The notes below the pieces were generated by a model that saw nothing but the letters and a program-made list of their open reading frames with translations, was not told the origin of the DNA and did no database searches. From a virus: a DNA stretch of 64,000 nucleotides. Position numbers and translations under genes: made by a program. Shown here piece after piece: positions 1 to 10,600 of this stretch. Position 1 is the stretch's first letter. Every line of letters starts with the position of its first letter. The stretch lies in IMG/VR virus record IMGVR_UViG_3300045253_000023, positions 1 to 64,000 of that record. The stretch is one strand, 5' to 3'.

Positions 1-2
1 TC

Positions 3-1172
3 AGATACTTCCGATCGCAATTTGTTAACAACTCCAATCCATCGGTTGATACAATCAATTGGAATCATCTCTCCTCGGACTCGGCTGCGAACTACACTCT
101 TATTCCTCCTGGAACCGTCTACAATTGGAGCGGAACAGCTCTCTACAATGAAGATACCTTTGCTGCGGATTCAGCAGGAGTAGTCTTCCAACCAAATTCA
201 TTCCGCCAGAACTACATGAGCAATATTCCTCCGTCGGACTCGGCCGTCGTGAATATCGCTTGGGTTCGAATTGGTTCAACGACCTCTGGTGGTTCCGACC
301 CAACATGGGCGACCAATTCAACCTACAATTTCGGGGATGTTGTTAAATTCAACGATGCGACTCTCGGTTGGGGTCGTTACCAGCTCGTCAAGCCTCTGGA
401 TTCCCCATTCCTTTCAACAACCAATCCAGACAATGATTCGTTGTACTGGTCTCTTGCGGCCTCTAATTACCAATTTGATCAAGAGACTTCCTACAATTCA
501 TTGAAGTGGAAGGCTCTTCCTTCCCCTTCTATCAATCCGGAACTAATCGGTATCTCCGACCCTGGCGACTTCCCTGGTTACTGGTTGAATCATGATGGCT
601 GGCTCGACTCTGAAAAGAAGATTCAGGACTCATTCTTCTATCAGGACTTCTCGTATCAAGTCACCTGCGATCTCGACCAAACCGCATTTCGTCAGCCATT
701 GATCAATATTGCACATCCTGCGGGCTATCAATTATTCAACGTCGTGTCTTCTGTCGGAAATTTGCCTCTATACAGTCTTGCTCTGGGTATGCCGCTGCCT
801 CTCTATCCTCCAAACTCGGCAAAACTTGATCTGAGAACCCCGAATTATCCAAATGTCATCTTCACTATTGAGTGGATGAATGATAGAAGCGCATTTCCAT
901 TCGATATTTCATTGGCAGACGCAAATACCAGTCGGATTTCTTCCTCTGTAGTTTCCACGTACTCCTTGCAGACGGATTATTCAACTTTCCAGCGATACAG
1001 AGAAGCCAATCTAGTGTTCGAGCAGGACATCGTTGATAACACGGATGTCGTCGACTTTGCGATCCTAGGAGGCGGCAACAACGTGCTTGTCTTTAACAAC
1101 GGACTCAAGCTCCCTTGCGTGCCGAAGAAGGAGTATGTTCTCTCTGGTAATCCACGATACATCCTTCCATAG
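3..1172 (+). CDS. Baseplate wedge initiator gp7-like protein, C-terminal part (5' truncated by window)
   Basis: The frame is open from nt 3, upstream of the ATG at 216. Contains the GYW..HDGWLDSEKKIQDSFFYQDFSY...HPAGY motif typical of T4-like gp7 C-termini and lies upstream of gp8. Confidence 0.75.
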   Translation, partial: RYFRSQFVNNSNPSVDTINWNHLSSDSAANYTLIPPGTVYNWSGTALYNEDTFAADSAGVVFQPNSFRQNYMSNIPPSDSAVVNIAWVRIGSTTSGGSDPTWATNSTYNFGDVVKFNDATLGWGRYQLVKPLDSPFLSTTNPDNDSLYWSLAASNYQFDQETSYNSLKWKALPSPSINPELIGISDPGDFPGYWLNHDGWLDSEKKIQDSFFYQDFSYQVTCDLDQTAFRQPLINIAHPAGYQLFNVVSSVGNLPLYSLALGMPLPLYPPNSAKLDLRTPNYPNVIFTIEWMNDRSAFPFDISLADANTSRISSSVVSTYSLQTDYSTFQRYREANLVFEQDIVDNTDVVDFAILGGGNNVLVFNNGLKLPCVPKKEYVLSGNPRYILP

Positions 1173-1318
1173 CCTGACCAAACCTTCTAGAGCATCAAAC
1201 ACTTTAGAAGGTTTCCAATCGAGCCACGTTCACATTTACTCCCTCACCAGGGCAAAAGTGATATCGCAGCCAATAGAGCCACAAGATTGTTCTTCGTCAA
1301 GTATCTCTGCACAACGTC

Positions 1319-1325
1319 ATAAGTA
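1319..1325 (+). promoter_or_regulatory. Putative late promoter ATAAGTA
   Basis: Recurrent (C/A)TAAGTA motif about 40 nt upstream of a structural gene start; resembles T4 TATAAATA. Confidence 0.6.
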
Positions 1326-1366
1326 CATCATCTGCCCCATACAACGTCATTTTACAGGAATAACCA

Positions 1367-2452
1367 ATGTCAATCGTCATCACCAAAGACTTTGTTCAGA
1401 CAACGCTCGCAGCGCCTGCGGGATCATCTGATGTCACACTCACAGTCAACACTGCCACTACTCCATTCCTGAACATTCCTACTCCTACAGGCTCTCAGCT
1501 TGGCTACCTGGTGTTGTGTGATGACCTGAACAACCCGACCAAGTTCGAGATTGTTTCGTACACAGGATACTCTTCAGGAACTGTCAGTGGTGTGGTACGT
1601 GGACTCGGGGGAACCAGTGCTACAACTTGGCTTGCTGGACACTTTGTCTACATGGCTCCATTGTCATTGAGTACTGCTGTTCCTATCTGGTTGCAGAACA
1701 TCTCAAATGGTGCTGTGACATACATGGGTGGCAATGTTGGTATTGGGACTGTCACTCCTGCCAAGACATTGGATATCGTGGGAACATTGGGAGTGAGTGG
1801 AGATGTTGCTCTGGCGACTACTCTCCACGTGACTGGAACAACCACTGCTGCGCATGTGGATGCCACGACAATCAACACCTCTGGAGATATCACCTCTGCT
1901 GGGAACCTCGTTGGTGCGCATCTGGCTATCCCAGGAAGCGTGGCACTTGGCAGCTACAAGCTGGGAACATTCACTCCAACGCTAATTGGTGGCACATCTG
2001 CAGGAACTGCTGTCTATACAACTCAGACAGGAAACTATGTGATCATTGGACGCATGGCGATCTTGCAGTTCTCCATTGCTGTGAACTGGCCATCTGTCCC
2101 ACCATCTGGACAATTGATCATCTCTGGTTATCCAAGTGGCATTGGCTCTGTGGCTGGTTTCTCTGGCAGCTTCTCCAACTTGCTGGGATTTCTGCCATTC
2201 AAGGGATTCACCAACAACACAGTGCATTCCCCAACCATCATCCAGAACATGGTGAACATTGTGCCATTGACCATTGCAAATGCTGGTAATGCTGGCATTG
2301 TGATCTCTCGCAACCTGGCATCCAATGACCAGTCCCTGGGAACTCCTGACACTTCTCAGCATGACATCTTTGATGCGACATACATTGCATCCACAACAAC
2401 TGGTGTGACTCTCACAGGCACCATCTCATTCTTGACAGATGCAGAGGCATAA
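1367..2452 (+). CDS. Baseplate/short fibre-type structural protein
   Basis: 361 aa with ACAGGA SD. N-terminal EIVSYTG...VVRGLGGTSA segment, GNVGIGT fibre motif and GTFTPTL...GNYVIIGR fibre C-terminal domain. Confidence 0.6.
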   Translation: MSIVITKDFVQTTLAAPAGSSDVTLTVNTATTPFLNIPTPTGSQLGYLVLCDDLNNPTKFEIVSYTGYSSGTVSGVVRGLGGTSATTWLAGHFVYMAPLSLSTAVPIWLQNISNGAVTYMGGNVGIGTVTPAKTLDIVGTLGVSGDVALATTLHVTGTTTAAHVDATTINTSGDITSAGNLVGAHLAIPGSVALGSYKLGTFTPTLIGGTSAGTAVYTTQTGNYVIIGRMAILQFSIAVNWPSVPPSGQLIISGYPSGIGSVAGFSGSFSNLLGFLPFKGFTNNTVHSPTIIQNMVNIVPLTIANAGNAGIVISRNLASNDQSLGTPDTSQHDIFDATYIASTTTGVTLTGTISFLTDAEA

Positions 2453-2458
2453 CAGACC

Positions 2459-3334
2459 ATGTTGAGAGGATTCGGTCAAGCACCATATGGACGCAGTGAC
2501 AAGCATGCGGTCATGAGCATGTTCAGTGATGTCAATGCTGAACTGTTCTATACTGTCATGGGCAATCGAATTGTCACAGCAAATCCTGTGTCTGGCAACC
2601 TCTCATACTCCATCCTCAAGTGCAACACTGTGCAGCCATATGGCATGATGTATGGACAGACAGATGGCTCATGGATTCTACCAGAGGATGTGGCCAATTC
2701 CTTCCATGATTACAGAATTGATTTCGCACGATTGCTTGTGTTCTACAATGGTGTGAAACTGACACCATCTCGTGTGCCTGGCATTCTCCCAACTGGCAGT
2801 GTCAACATCACCAACAGTGCTGGTGGAGATGGCTTGGCTGTGCCAATCGCCAATGTCAATGCATACACATTATTCTACAATGGCATCATCAACAAACTGA
2901 CAGTGTTCTTCACCAACAGCACTCGCACACATGTCAACAGTGATGTCATTGAGACCTTCTGGTTGTCTGATAATAACCTGTCTGCGACAGACATAGCTGA
3001 TGGCTCTTTCTATCTACAGTACTTCAATAGAACAGACCCATCGATCACTGGAGTCCTTGCGGCATCAGGCTATGTAAACAGTAACACATTTTACAACAAT
3101 GCTCTTGTCTTCAAGAATGGTCTGTCACAGCGTCCAGCTGTGGACTATTTCATCAATGCTTCTGGAGACATGTCATTCCACAGCGGAGCATTGGTTGCCA
3201 CAGACATTGTCGAATTGTATGTTTTGACTGTCTCCAACAAACAATCACGCATCGGAAATGCACAGCTATTCATGGATGACTACACTCAATGGATAATGCC
3301 CACATTTCCTGATCTTCGTCTCAAGGAAGTTTAA
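2459..3334 (+). CDS. Putative baseplate structural protein
   Basis: 291 aa between baseplate genes; repeated LVF(Y/K)NG...DY motifs seen in T4-like virion proteins. Confidence 0.55.
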   Translation: MLRGFGQAPYGRSDKHAVMSMFSDVNAELFYTVMGNRIVTANPVSGNLSYSILKCNTVQPYGMMYGQTDGSWILPEDVANSFHDYRIDFARLLVFYNGVKLTPSRVPGILPTGSVNITNSAGGDGLAVPIANVNAYTLFYNGIINKLTVFFTNSTRTHVNSDVIETFWLSDNNLSATDIADGSFYLQYFNRTDPSITGVLAASGYVNSNTFYNNALVFKNGLSQRPAVDYFINASGDMSFHSGALVATDIVELYVLTVSNKQSRIGNAQLFMDDYTQWIMPTFPDLRLKEV

Positions 3335-3338
3335 TCCC

Positions 3339-3515
3339 ATGAACTGGCAAGCTCTCACAGTATTCCCAATCCCACAGTTCGCACTGGTCGTTCTGATTCT
3401 CACACTCCTCGGATGGTGGTTTGCAGGATGGGTCGGTGCACTGTGCTGCTTTGTGATCCCAATTGTCTTGGGCATCGTCTTCATTGAGTGGCTCATGTCA
3501 CTCATGCCTCACTAA
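3339..3515 (+). CDS. Small hydrophobic membrane protein (58 aa; not in ORF track)
   Basis: Read by hand: MNWQALTVFPIPQFALVVLILTLLGWWFAGWVGALCCFVIPIVLGIVFIEWLMSLMPH. AAGGAAG upstream; fills the gap between two genes. Confidence 0.55.
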   Translation: MNWQALTVFPIPQFALVVLILTLLGWWFAGWVGALCCFVIPIVLGIVFIEWLMSLMPH

Positions 3516-3536
3516 CATCTACAGGAACATACAGCA

Positions 3537-4640
3537 ATGGCAAACGGCATTTTCAGATCAACCACTGTTCGTGTTGATGACGCAGCAAACTTCGTCACCC
3601 AATTCTATCCATCAGTGCCAACACCACTGGCATCTGACAACCATCTGTACTGCATGATTGGACGTGAAGACAATCCAATTGGCACCAACCCAGCAACATT
3701 GTCTGCATGGCCAGCTCAGGCGGGACTGTGGTCCAATGATGCCATTCCTCCTGTGCCTGCTGACACACTGGGAAATGACAATGTGTTCTGGGCAATGGCA
3801 ATTGGTGGACAGCTCATGGACCCACGCAACATTGCATTGGTGTGCCCATTCGGAAGCAACACACAATGGGCCACTGGCAACACCTATGACAAGTGGGACA
3901 TCAATGACACAGCATTGTACACCAATGCGAACTTCTACATTCTGAACTCTCAGAATGAAGTCCTCATGTGCGTCCAGCGTGGTGGATTGTCTCTCAATGG
4001 TCCATCCACAGTGGAACCAAAATGGTTTGTGACATACACATCTGGTGGAGCCACAACCATTGGCTTTGACACAACAACAGTGGGAAGTGCCAACCAGAAC
4101 GTCTTCAATGATGGCACCAAGAGCATCCTGAAGACCACTGATGGCTACATCTGGAAATACCTGTATACACTCACCAACAATGAAATCACCAACATTCTCC
4201 AGACCAACTGGTTGCCAGTCAACTTTGGATTGAATCGTTGGGGACAGAGCTTCGGCCTGTTGACTGATCCACAGTACACACAATCACAAGACAGTGTCAC
4301 AACATCTGGAACCAATGGCTATGCTTACAAGATTTTGGGGGCTAGATATGTCTTGATCACCACAACATTAAACAGTGGTGCGCCAGGAAGTGGTGTGTTG
4401 CCATATGGCTTGAACTATCGTCAGGTCACATTGGTCAAGAACCCACTGTCATCTGCTGGTGGCACTCCACGCGCAACCTTTGCTGTGGGCATCTTGCCAA
4501 ACAGCACTGAGCCATCTGGTGATGGTACTGCTGGACACTTTGTGGTGCCATCTGGTGATGTCATCTATATCGAAAACAAGAGCCCAATCGTTCGTGTGTC
4601 ATCGCAGACAGAACTGTTCAAGGCTGTTGTCAGCTTCTAA
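3537..4640 (+). CDS. gp8: Baseplate wedge subunit gp8
   Basis: LYCMIGR, WATGNTYDKWD, FYILNS..VLMC, DGYIWKYLYT, YRQVTLVKNP and SGDVIYIENKSPIVR...E.FK.VVSF motifs. Confidence 0.9.
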   Translation: MANGIFRSTTVRVDDAANFVTQFYPSVPTPLASDNHLYCMIGREDNPIGTNPATLSAWPAQAGLWSNDAIPPVPADTLGNDNVFWAMAIGGQLMDPRNIALVCPFGSNTQWATGNTYDKWDINDTALYTNANFYILNSQNEVLMCVQRGGLSLNGPSTVEPKWFVTYTSGGATTIGFDTTTVGSANQNVFNDGTKSILKTTDGYIWKYLYTLTNNEITNILQTNWLPVNFGLNRWGQSFGLLTDPQYTQSQDSVTTSGTNGYAYKILGARYVLITTTLNSGAPGSGVLPYGLNYRQVTLVKNPLSSAGGTPRATFAVGILPNSTEPSGDGTAGHFVVPSGDVIYIENKSPIVRVSSQTELFKAVVSF

Positions 4641-4670
4641 TCCCACATTATATACAGGAATACACTCCCA

Positions 4671-7600
4671 GTGAGCTATCAGAAATTCGGCAGCGCAGCA
4701 CCCTACTACGACGACTTCCTTGCGTCCAACAACCTGTTGCGTATCATGTTCAATCCTGCTCGTGCTGTCCAGGCTCGAGAGCTCACACAGCTTGCCACCA
4801 TCTTGCAGAACCAGGTTGCGCAGCTTGGCAACTTCATTTTCAAGGACAACAGCAATGTGTTCCAGGCACAGATCAATGTGTCTCAGAAGAAGCCAACATG
4901 CACCATCCAACAGTTCGCTGTGTTGTACAACAGTGGCACTCATACATGGGCACCAGATGGTTCCACACTGGTCAACATCCTGCCATCATGGATTGGCAAG
5001 ACATTTCAGAACACTGATCCCCATGGCTCCACTGCTGCATCCAAGACCATCACCATCACTGGCTTCCAATTGCCACCTGGTGCGCTTCCAATCCTGTTCT
5101 ATGAGTTCAGTGGTGCGGATGTTGCTGCAACAGATGTGTTCTTCGACAGTGACATCACTGGAACATCCGTTGGTGGCATCACCATTGCAACCAATGCAAC
5201 ACGTTCATTGACAGCAGAGTGCGGAGAAGGCATTATCTGGTGCCGTGGTCACTTTGTCACCATCCCTGCACAGTCCACAATCATCACTGTTGATGCACAG
5301 GATGGCAAGACATACCAAGTTGGCTTCACCATCACTGAGCGTGTGGTCACATCCACAACAGAAGGCATCGGTTTGTCATTGGATGATCCCGCCAATGGTT
5401 CTCCAAATGCGAATGCTCCTGGTGCAGATCGTTACCAAATCACTCCAACACTGACATCCTATGATGTCAATGACACCACAGTCACACAAGACTTCCTGAA
5501 CAACTTTGCACCATTCGTGTTGGTTGAGAATGCTGTTGTGACGGATGATGGCAAGAACCAACCACAGTTCGCAGCCATTCTCGACATCATGGCGAAGCGC
5601 ACCTATGACACCAATGGCGACTTCATTGTTGATCCATTCACAATGGTGTTGAAGGAAGTTGCTGCTTCTGTCACAGCCAAGCCAGGTCACACATTGGATG
5701 AGACCATTGCTGGATATCCTGGCTATGATGCGGCATTCTCCACTGCCCATGCTGACTATCTCGTCAGCGAGCTCAATCCTGGAACTGCCTTTGTTCGTGG
5801 CTATGAGATTCAGACATTCCTGACCACACGCATTCTCGTCAAGAAGGGTCGTGATGTGTTGGGCTTGCAGGATGTTGTTGTTCCAGTTAACAGCCCATTC
5901 TTCCTGGTGGCCAATCTCTCTCCACTGGGTTCATCGATCATTGGGTCTGCCGACCCAGACGGACAGGGCAACAATCTGGCTGGTTCTGGCGGCGCATGGT
6001 TGAACTTCAACCATATGGAAGAGATCAACATCACTTCTGCGCCAAATGGTCAGGGACGTGTGCTCTCACGTGCGCGTCTGCACTCCATTGATCGTTCTGG
6101 TGGTGTGATTCGATTGTACATCATCCCTGGAAACATCCCTGGCACCCCAGTCATCCCTGTTTGGGGCGGCTCGCATGGTGCATCATATTATTCGGAAGGC
6201 AGCCTGGTGTACTACACACTTGGCGGCATTGCCAAGGTCTATGAATGCTTGAACAACAGTGGCACATTCAATTCCACTATTGCTCCACCAGATGATTCCA
6301 CCAACTGGGAATACATCGAAGACATTGCTAAATTCCAGACACCTGGAGCAGTGGAGCCAATTCAGTTCCAGAATCTGTCTGCTGCACGTTCCATTGTGTC
6401 TGTCGCACAGAACAACAACTATGTCAACTTGGCATTGGATGCTTCTGATCCAAACAATGTGTTCCCAATCTATGGATCAAACCCAATCCCATTGATCTAT
6501 GGTGTTCCAGGAACGCAGGTGGTTGATGCGTTGCCAACAGAAATGTCTATCGGCACTGTCTATACCTACACAGGAACAGTCAGTGGTGGCAACATCTCAT
6601 TCACATCCAATGCTGTCTCTGGCGGCACATTCAATGCTGCGGAAACAGACCTGATTGTCTTTGCATATGTTGTGTCATCATCTGTCTCTGGCGCAACCAA
6701 CCAATTGCTTGACCCAAACCAGATCACTGTGTCTGGTGGACTCACATCCACTGTCACACTTGGTTTTGGTTCTGTCCATGTTGCTGGTCACACTGGCCTC
6801 AACAATGGTGACGTGGTCACTGTCGCATTGAAAGAAACTCGTTCCCAGATTGAAGCGCGCACCAAGACATTGTCATCAGTCACAGCGCAGAATATCTCCA
6901 TTGCTGACTCCTCCACCGATCTACTGATCCTGAGTGATGAAGACGTTGCACACATTGTTTCCGTGGTCCAGTTGTCGAACAACACGGACACCTCCTTCAA
7001 CACTGCTGCCTATGGTGGAACAGGTGCTGGACGAATTTTGTCGAATCTGGAATTGATCAAGCTGTCATTTGACAATGGTCAGCGTGACTTCTACTATGAC
7101 TATGGTTCTGTCTCTGGCTTCTCAAATCTGTATCACAGCCAATACAAGGCAACACTTGCTGGACCAACTGTCTATCAGGTCAACTATGTTGCATACCAGC
7201 ATGAGAGCAACTCCAACAAGTTGTTTTTCAACAAGAACTCATACTCAAACCTGATTGGTTCAGAAGCGAATCTGCCACAGTATCCAATCTATCGTTCACC
7301 TGTGTATGGCAACTTCGACTTGCAGAAGAGCATTGACTTCCGACGCAAGACATCGGAGATGGGCAACACACTGATCAACATCCTGATGCCTCAGCAGTTC
7401 ACAGTGCTTGAGCTTCCTGGAACCACCACGCACTATGTTTCGCGATACGATGTGTTGTGGGTTGACAAGACAGGTCAGTTTGGTATCACAAATGGTGTGC
7501 CATCAACCAATCCAGTTGAACCAGTGCCACCACCAAACACGATGACGCTGTATACACTGGGCATCTTCCCATATACATTCAACACAAGCAATGTCCAAAT

Positions 7601-10600
7601 CATTCCTCACAGGAATGCGCGCTACACCATGGCGGACATCTCCAAGCTGGAACAGCGCATTCAGAATCTTGAAGAGTATGTGTCATTGTCATTGCTTGAA
7701 CAGAATGCAAATGATCTTCAGATCACTGATCCAAACACTGGATTCGACTCATTCAAGAGCGGCATCTTCGCTGATCCATTTACAGACAACAGTCGCGCAA
7801 ATGTGTACGATCCACATTACCGCATCACTGGATACTCTGCGAACCAGTCTGCAACAACACCAGTTGAATTCTGGAACATGCCAATGACTGTTCGCACTGG
7901 TTTCGCTACCACTGCAAAAGTCTGGAAAGACCTGGTCACATTGCAGCCAACTGGCGTCACCATGTTGTGCTCTTCATTGTATGCAACAGAGACATTGAAT
8001 GTCAACCCATATCTCTTCTATGTTTGGAAGGGTGGCGTGACACTGAATCCTGCTGTTGACACATGGTATGACACTGTTTGGCTTCCAACCATCAACATCA
8101 CTGAAGGTTCATGGGACCCACCAGCTGGATTCAATCCAAACCCTGTCATCGACACCATTCAACAGAACTGGGTCGGCTTTGTTCCTGGTGCAGCTGTCAA
8201 TGTTTCGTCACTGACCAATGTTCCATCTGGCGCAACATCTGTGCCTATCGATGGCAGCCTGGGTTCTTCAATCACCCAGCAGCTCGAACAGACCATCGCG
8301 GCAATTGGCGGTCACTGGCAAGGTGGCACCATCATCCCAGCCACACCAATTTCAAACGGAGAGACATTCAGAGTGACGTCGCTGACAGGTGACGAGATAA
8401 GCCTGCCTCCTTCCTCGACAATGCCTAACCTGCCAGGAATTGGTCTCCTGTTCCAATCCAATGGAGCAGTGGCAAATGCTCCTCTCGGCAACAATGGTTG
8501 GAACACAGGACTCAACATTCCAATCAACATCTCATCCTCATCCACTGTTGGTGACATTGGTGGATTGGGCAGCCTGTTCCAGAACAGTTCTGGTGCAGCT
8601 GTGTTGTCTCCACTGTTCCGTGGTGTTAATGGTTTTGGTGACACATACTCCAAGCTGTCTGTCACTCAGACCACAACCACAACCACAACCTCTTCCCTTG
8701 TCAAACACACCCAGCAACTGACATCGAACCGTATTGTCTCGACTACACAAGAGCCATACATGCGTTCGCGTCAAGTCAACTTCATTGCTACTGGCTTCCG
8801 TCCAGGCATGAGTGTTGTGGGCACATTGGACAAGAAGCCAGTCACACTGGTTGTTGACAGTCGCTACAAGACATCTGATGGTCGTTTCGTGACTTCACCA
8901 GATGGAACCATCGAAGGTTCGTTCTTCATTCCACAAAACACATTCACCGCAGGAACCAAGTTGTTCCAGTTGAATGACAGCAATCTCGATGCCGCTGGTC
9001 AGTCTGCACCAACCTCTGGTGGTTCTGCGAACTACACTGCGTTCGGATACCTGATCACAGAACAACAGACAATCACAACGATTCGTTCTGTTGATGTCGT
9101 GACCACAACCGAAACCACACAGAATGTTGATGTCAACATCCAGGTCTACTTGGATCCACTGGCGCAATCATTCCTGGTCTCCATTCCAGGTGGCGTGTTC
9201 TTGAGCAGCTGCCAGTTGTTCTTTGCTACCAAGAGCGGCGACTTCTCTGGTGCGAATGATGGAGTCACCGTCAATGGTCAGCCATTGTCTGGATACCTGG
9301 CATCTGTCTATGGTTCATCGTATCCGAAGGATGTCAACAATTCAGCTCCAATGCTTGGACAAGGACAGTTGATTTTGGGACCACCTGGTTCGCAGAAGGT
9401 CAAGGGCGTTCCATTGTCCATCTACTTGGTCACAATGGTCAATGGTCAACCAACATCACACATTGTGCCATTCTCCAAGGTCACATTGTATCCAGATCAG
9501 ATCAATTCAAATCCTGTTGTTCCAAGATTTGGACGCACAACAATCACATGGGCAGACCCAATCTACCTGAATGAGAATCAGGAATATGCTCTTGTCATCT
9601 CGAGCTCATCCAAAGAATACAACGTTTGGACAGCAACACTCAGCAAGCAAGACATCTTCCAGCATGGTGCAGCAAATCCTGGTCAGGGTATTGCTCAGCA
9701 GGCATTCTTGGGCGAATTGTTTGAATCCAAGAACAGCAGCACATGGGTTCCAAATCCACTCACCAATCTCGCATTCGCTCTGTACTACTATCAGTTCGCA
9801 GCATCGAACACTGTGGGCTTGGCTGATTCCAAGAAGATCGATGACGTGTCATTTGCGGGCAAGAACTTCACTGTCTACAATCCAACATCGACATATGATC
9901 CATTGTCGATTGTCTTCTTCTCATGGTCCAATAGTGATGATGGTTCGCAGCCAGACAATACTGGATTCTTCCAGAATCTGAACAACACAACCAATCCAGC
10001 TGGACAAGCGCCTGCGTCATTCAGCGGCGGAACAACAACATACAACACCGCATTCTGGTCTCAACTTGACCCAACTGGCGGCGCGAATGCTTATGATCCA
10101 GTCAACATGCAGGCAGTTCGCTATGGTTCGGCAGTCACACCAATCATCGGGGAACTGTCTGTCAAGGGAACAAGCACACTTTACCAGCACGTGTTCTACC
10201 CAACAACTGGCGGCGCTGGATTCATCCCAACTGGCTTGACATACCATCCAGTCACGAACATGGACATCAATGATGTCTCTGCTTTGGACTTTGGATCATC
10301 GGGTTCAGTCAATGTTGAGAAGCTGGTTGACAATGCTTCCGGAACGACACACAACTATGCTATTCTGGCAACATTGTCGTCGACCAATCCAAACTTGACA
10401 CCAGTGCTCGATAAGCAACAGATGCGTGCTGTATTGACTCGCAACTTGGTCCATGGTATTGATCCAAATCTTCTGTGGGGCGGACAGAACTTCGGCGACA
10501 TCTTGTCGACCATGAGTGGTTCTGGTATCCAAGCCGCATTCGACTTGGCAAAACTCGCATCAGTTGTGTACTCACCAAATGCTGTCATCTTTGTTGGTGG

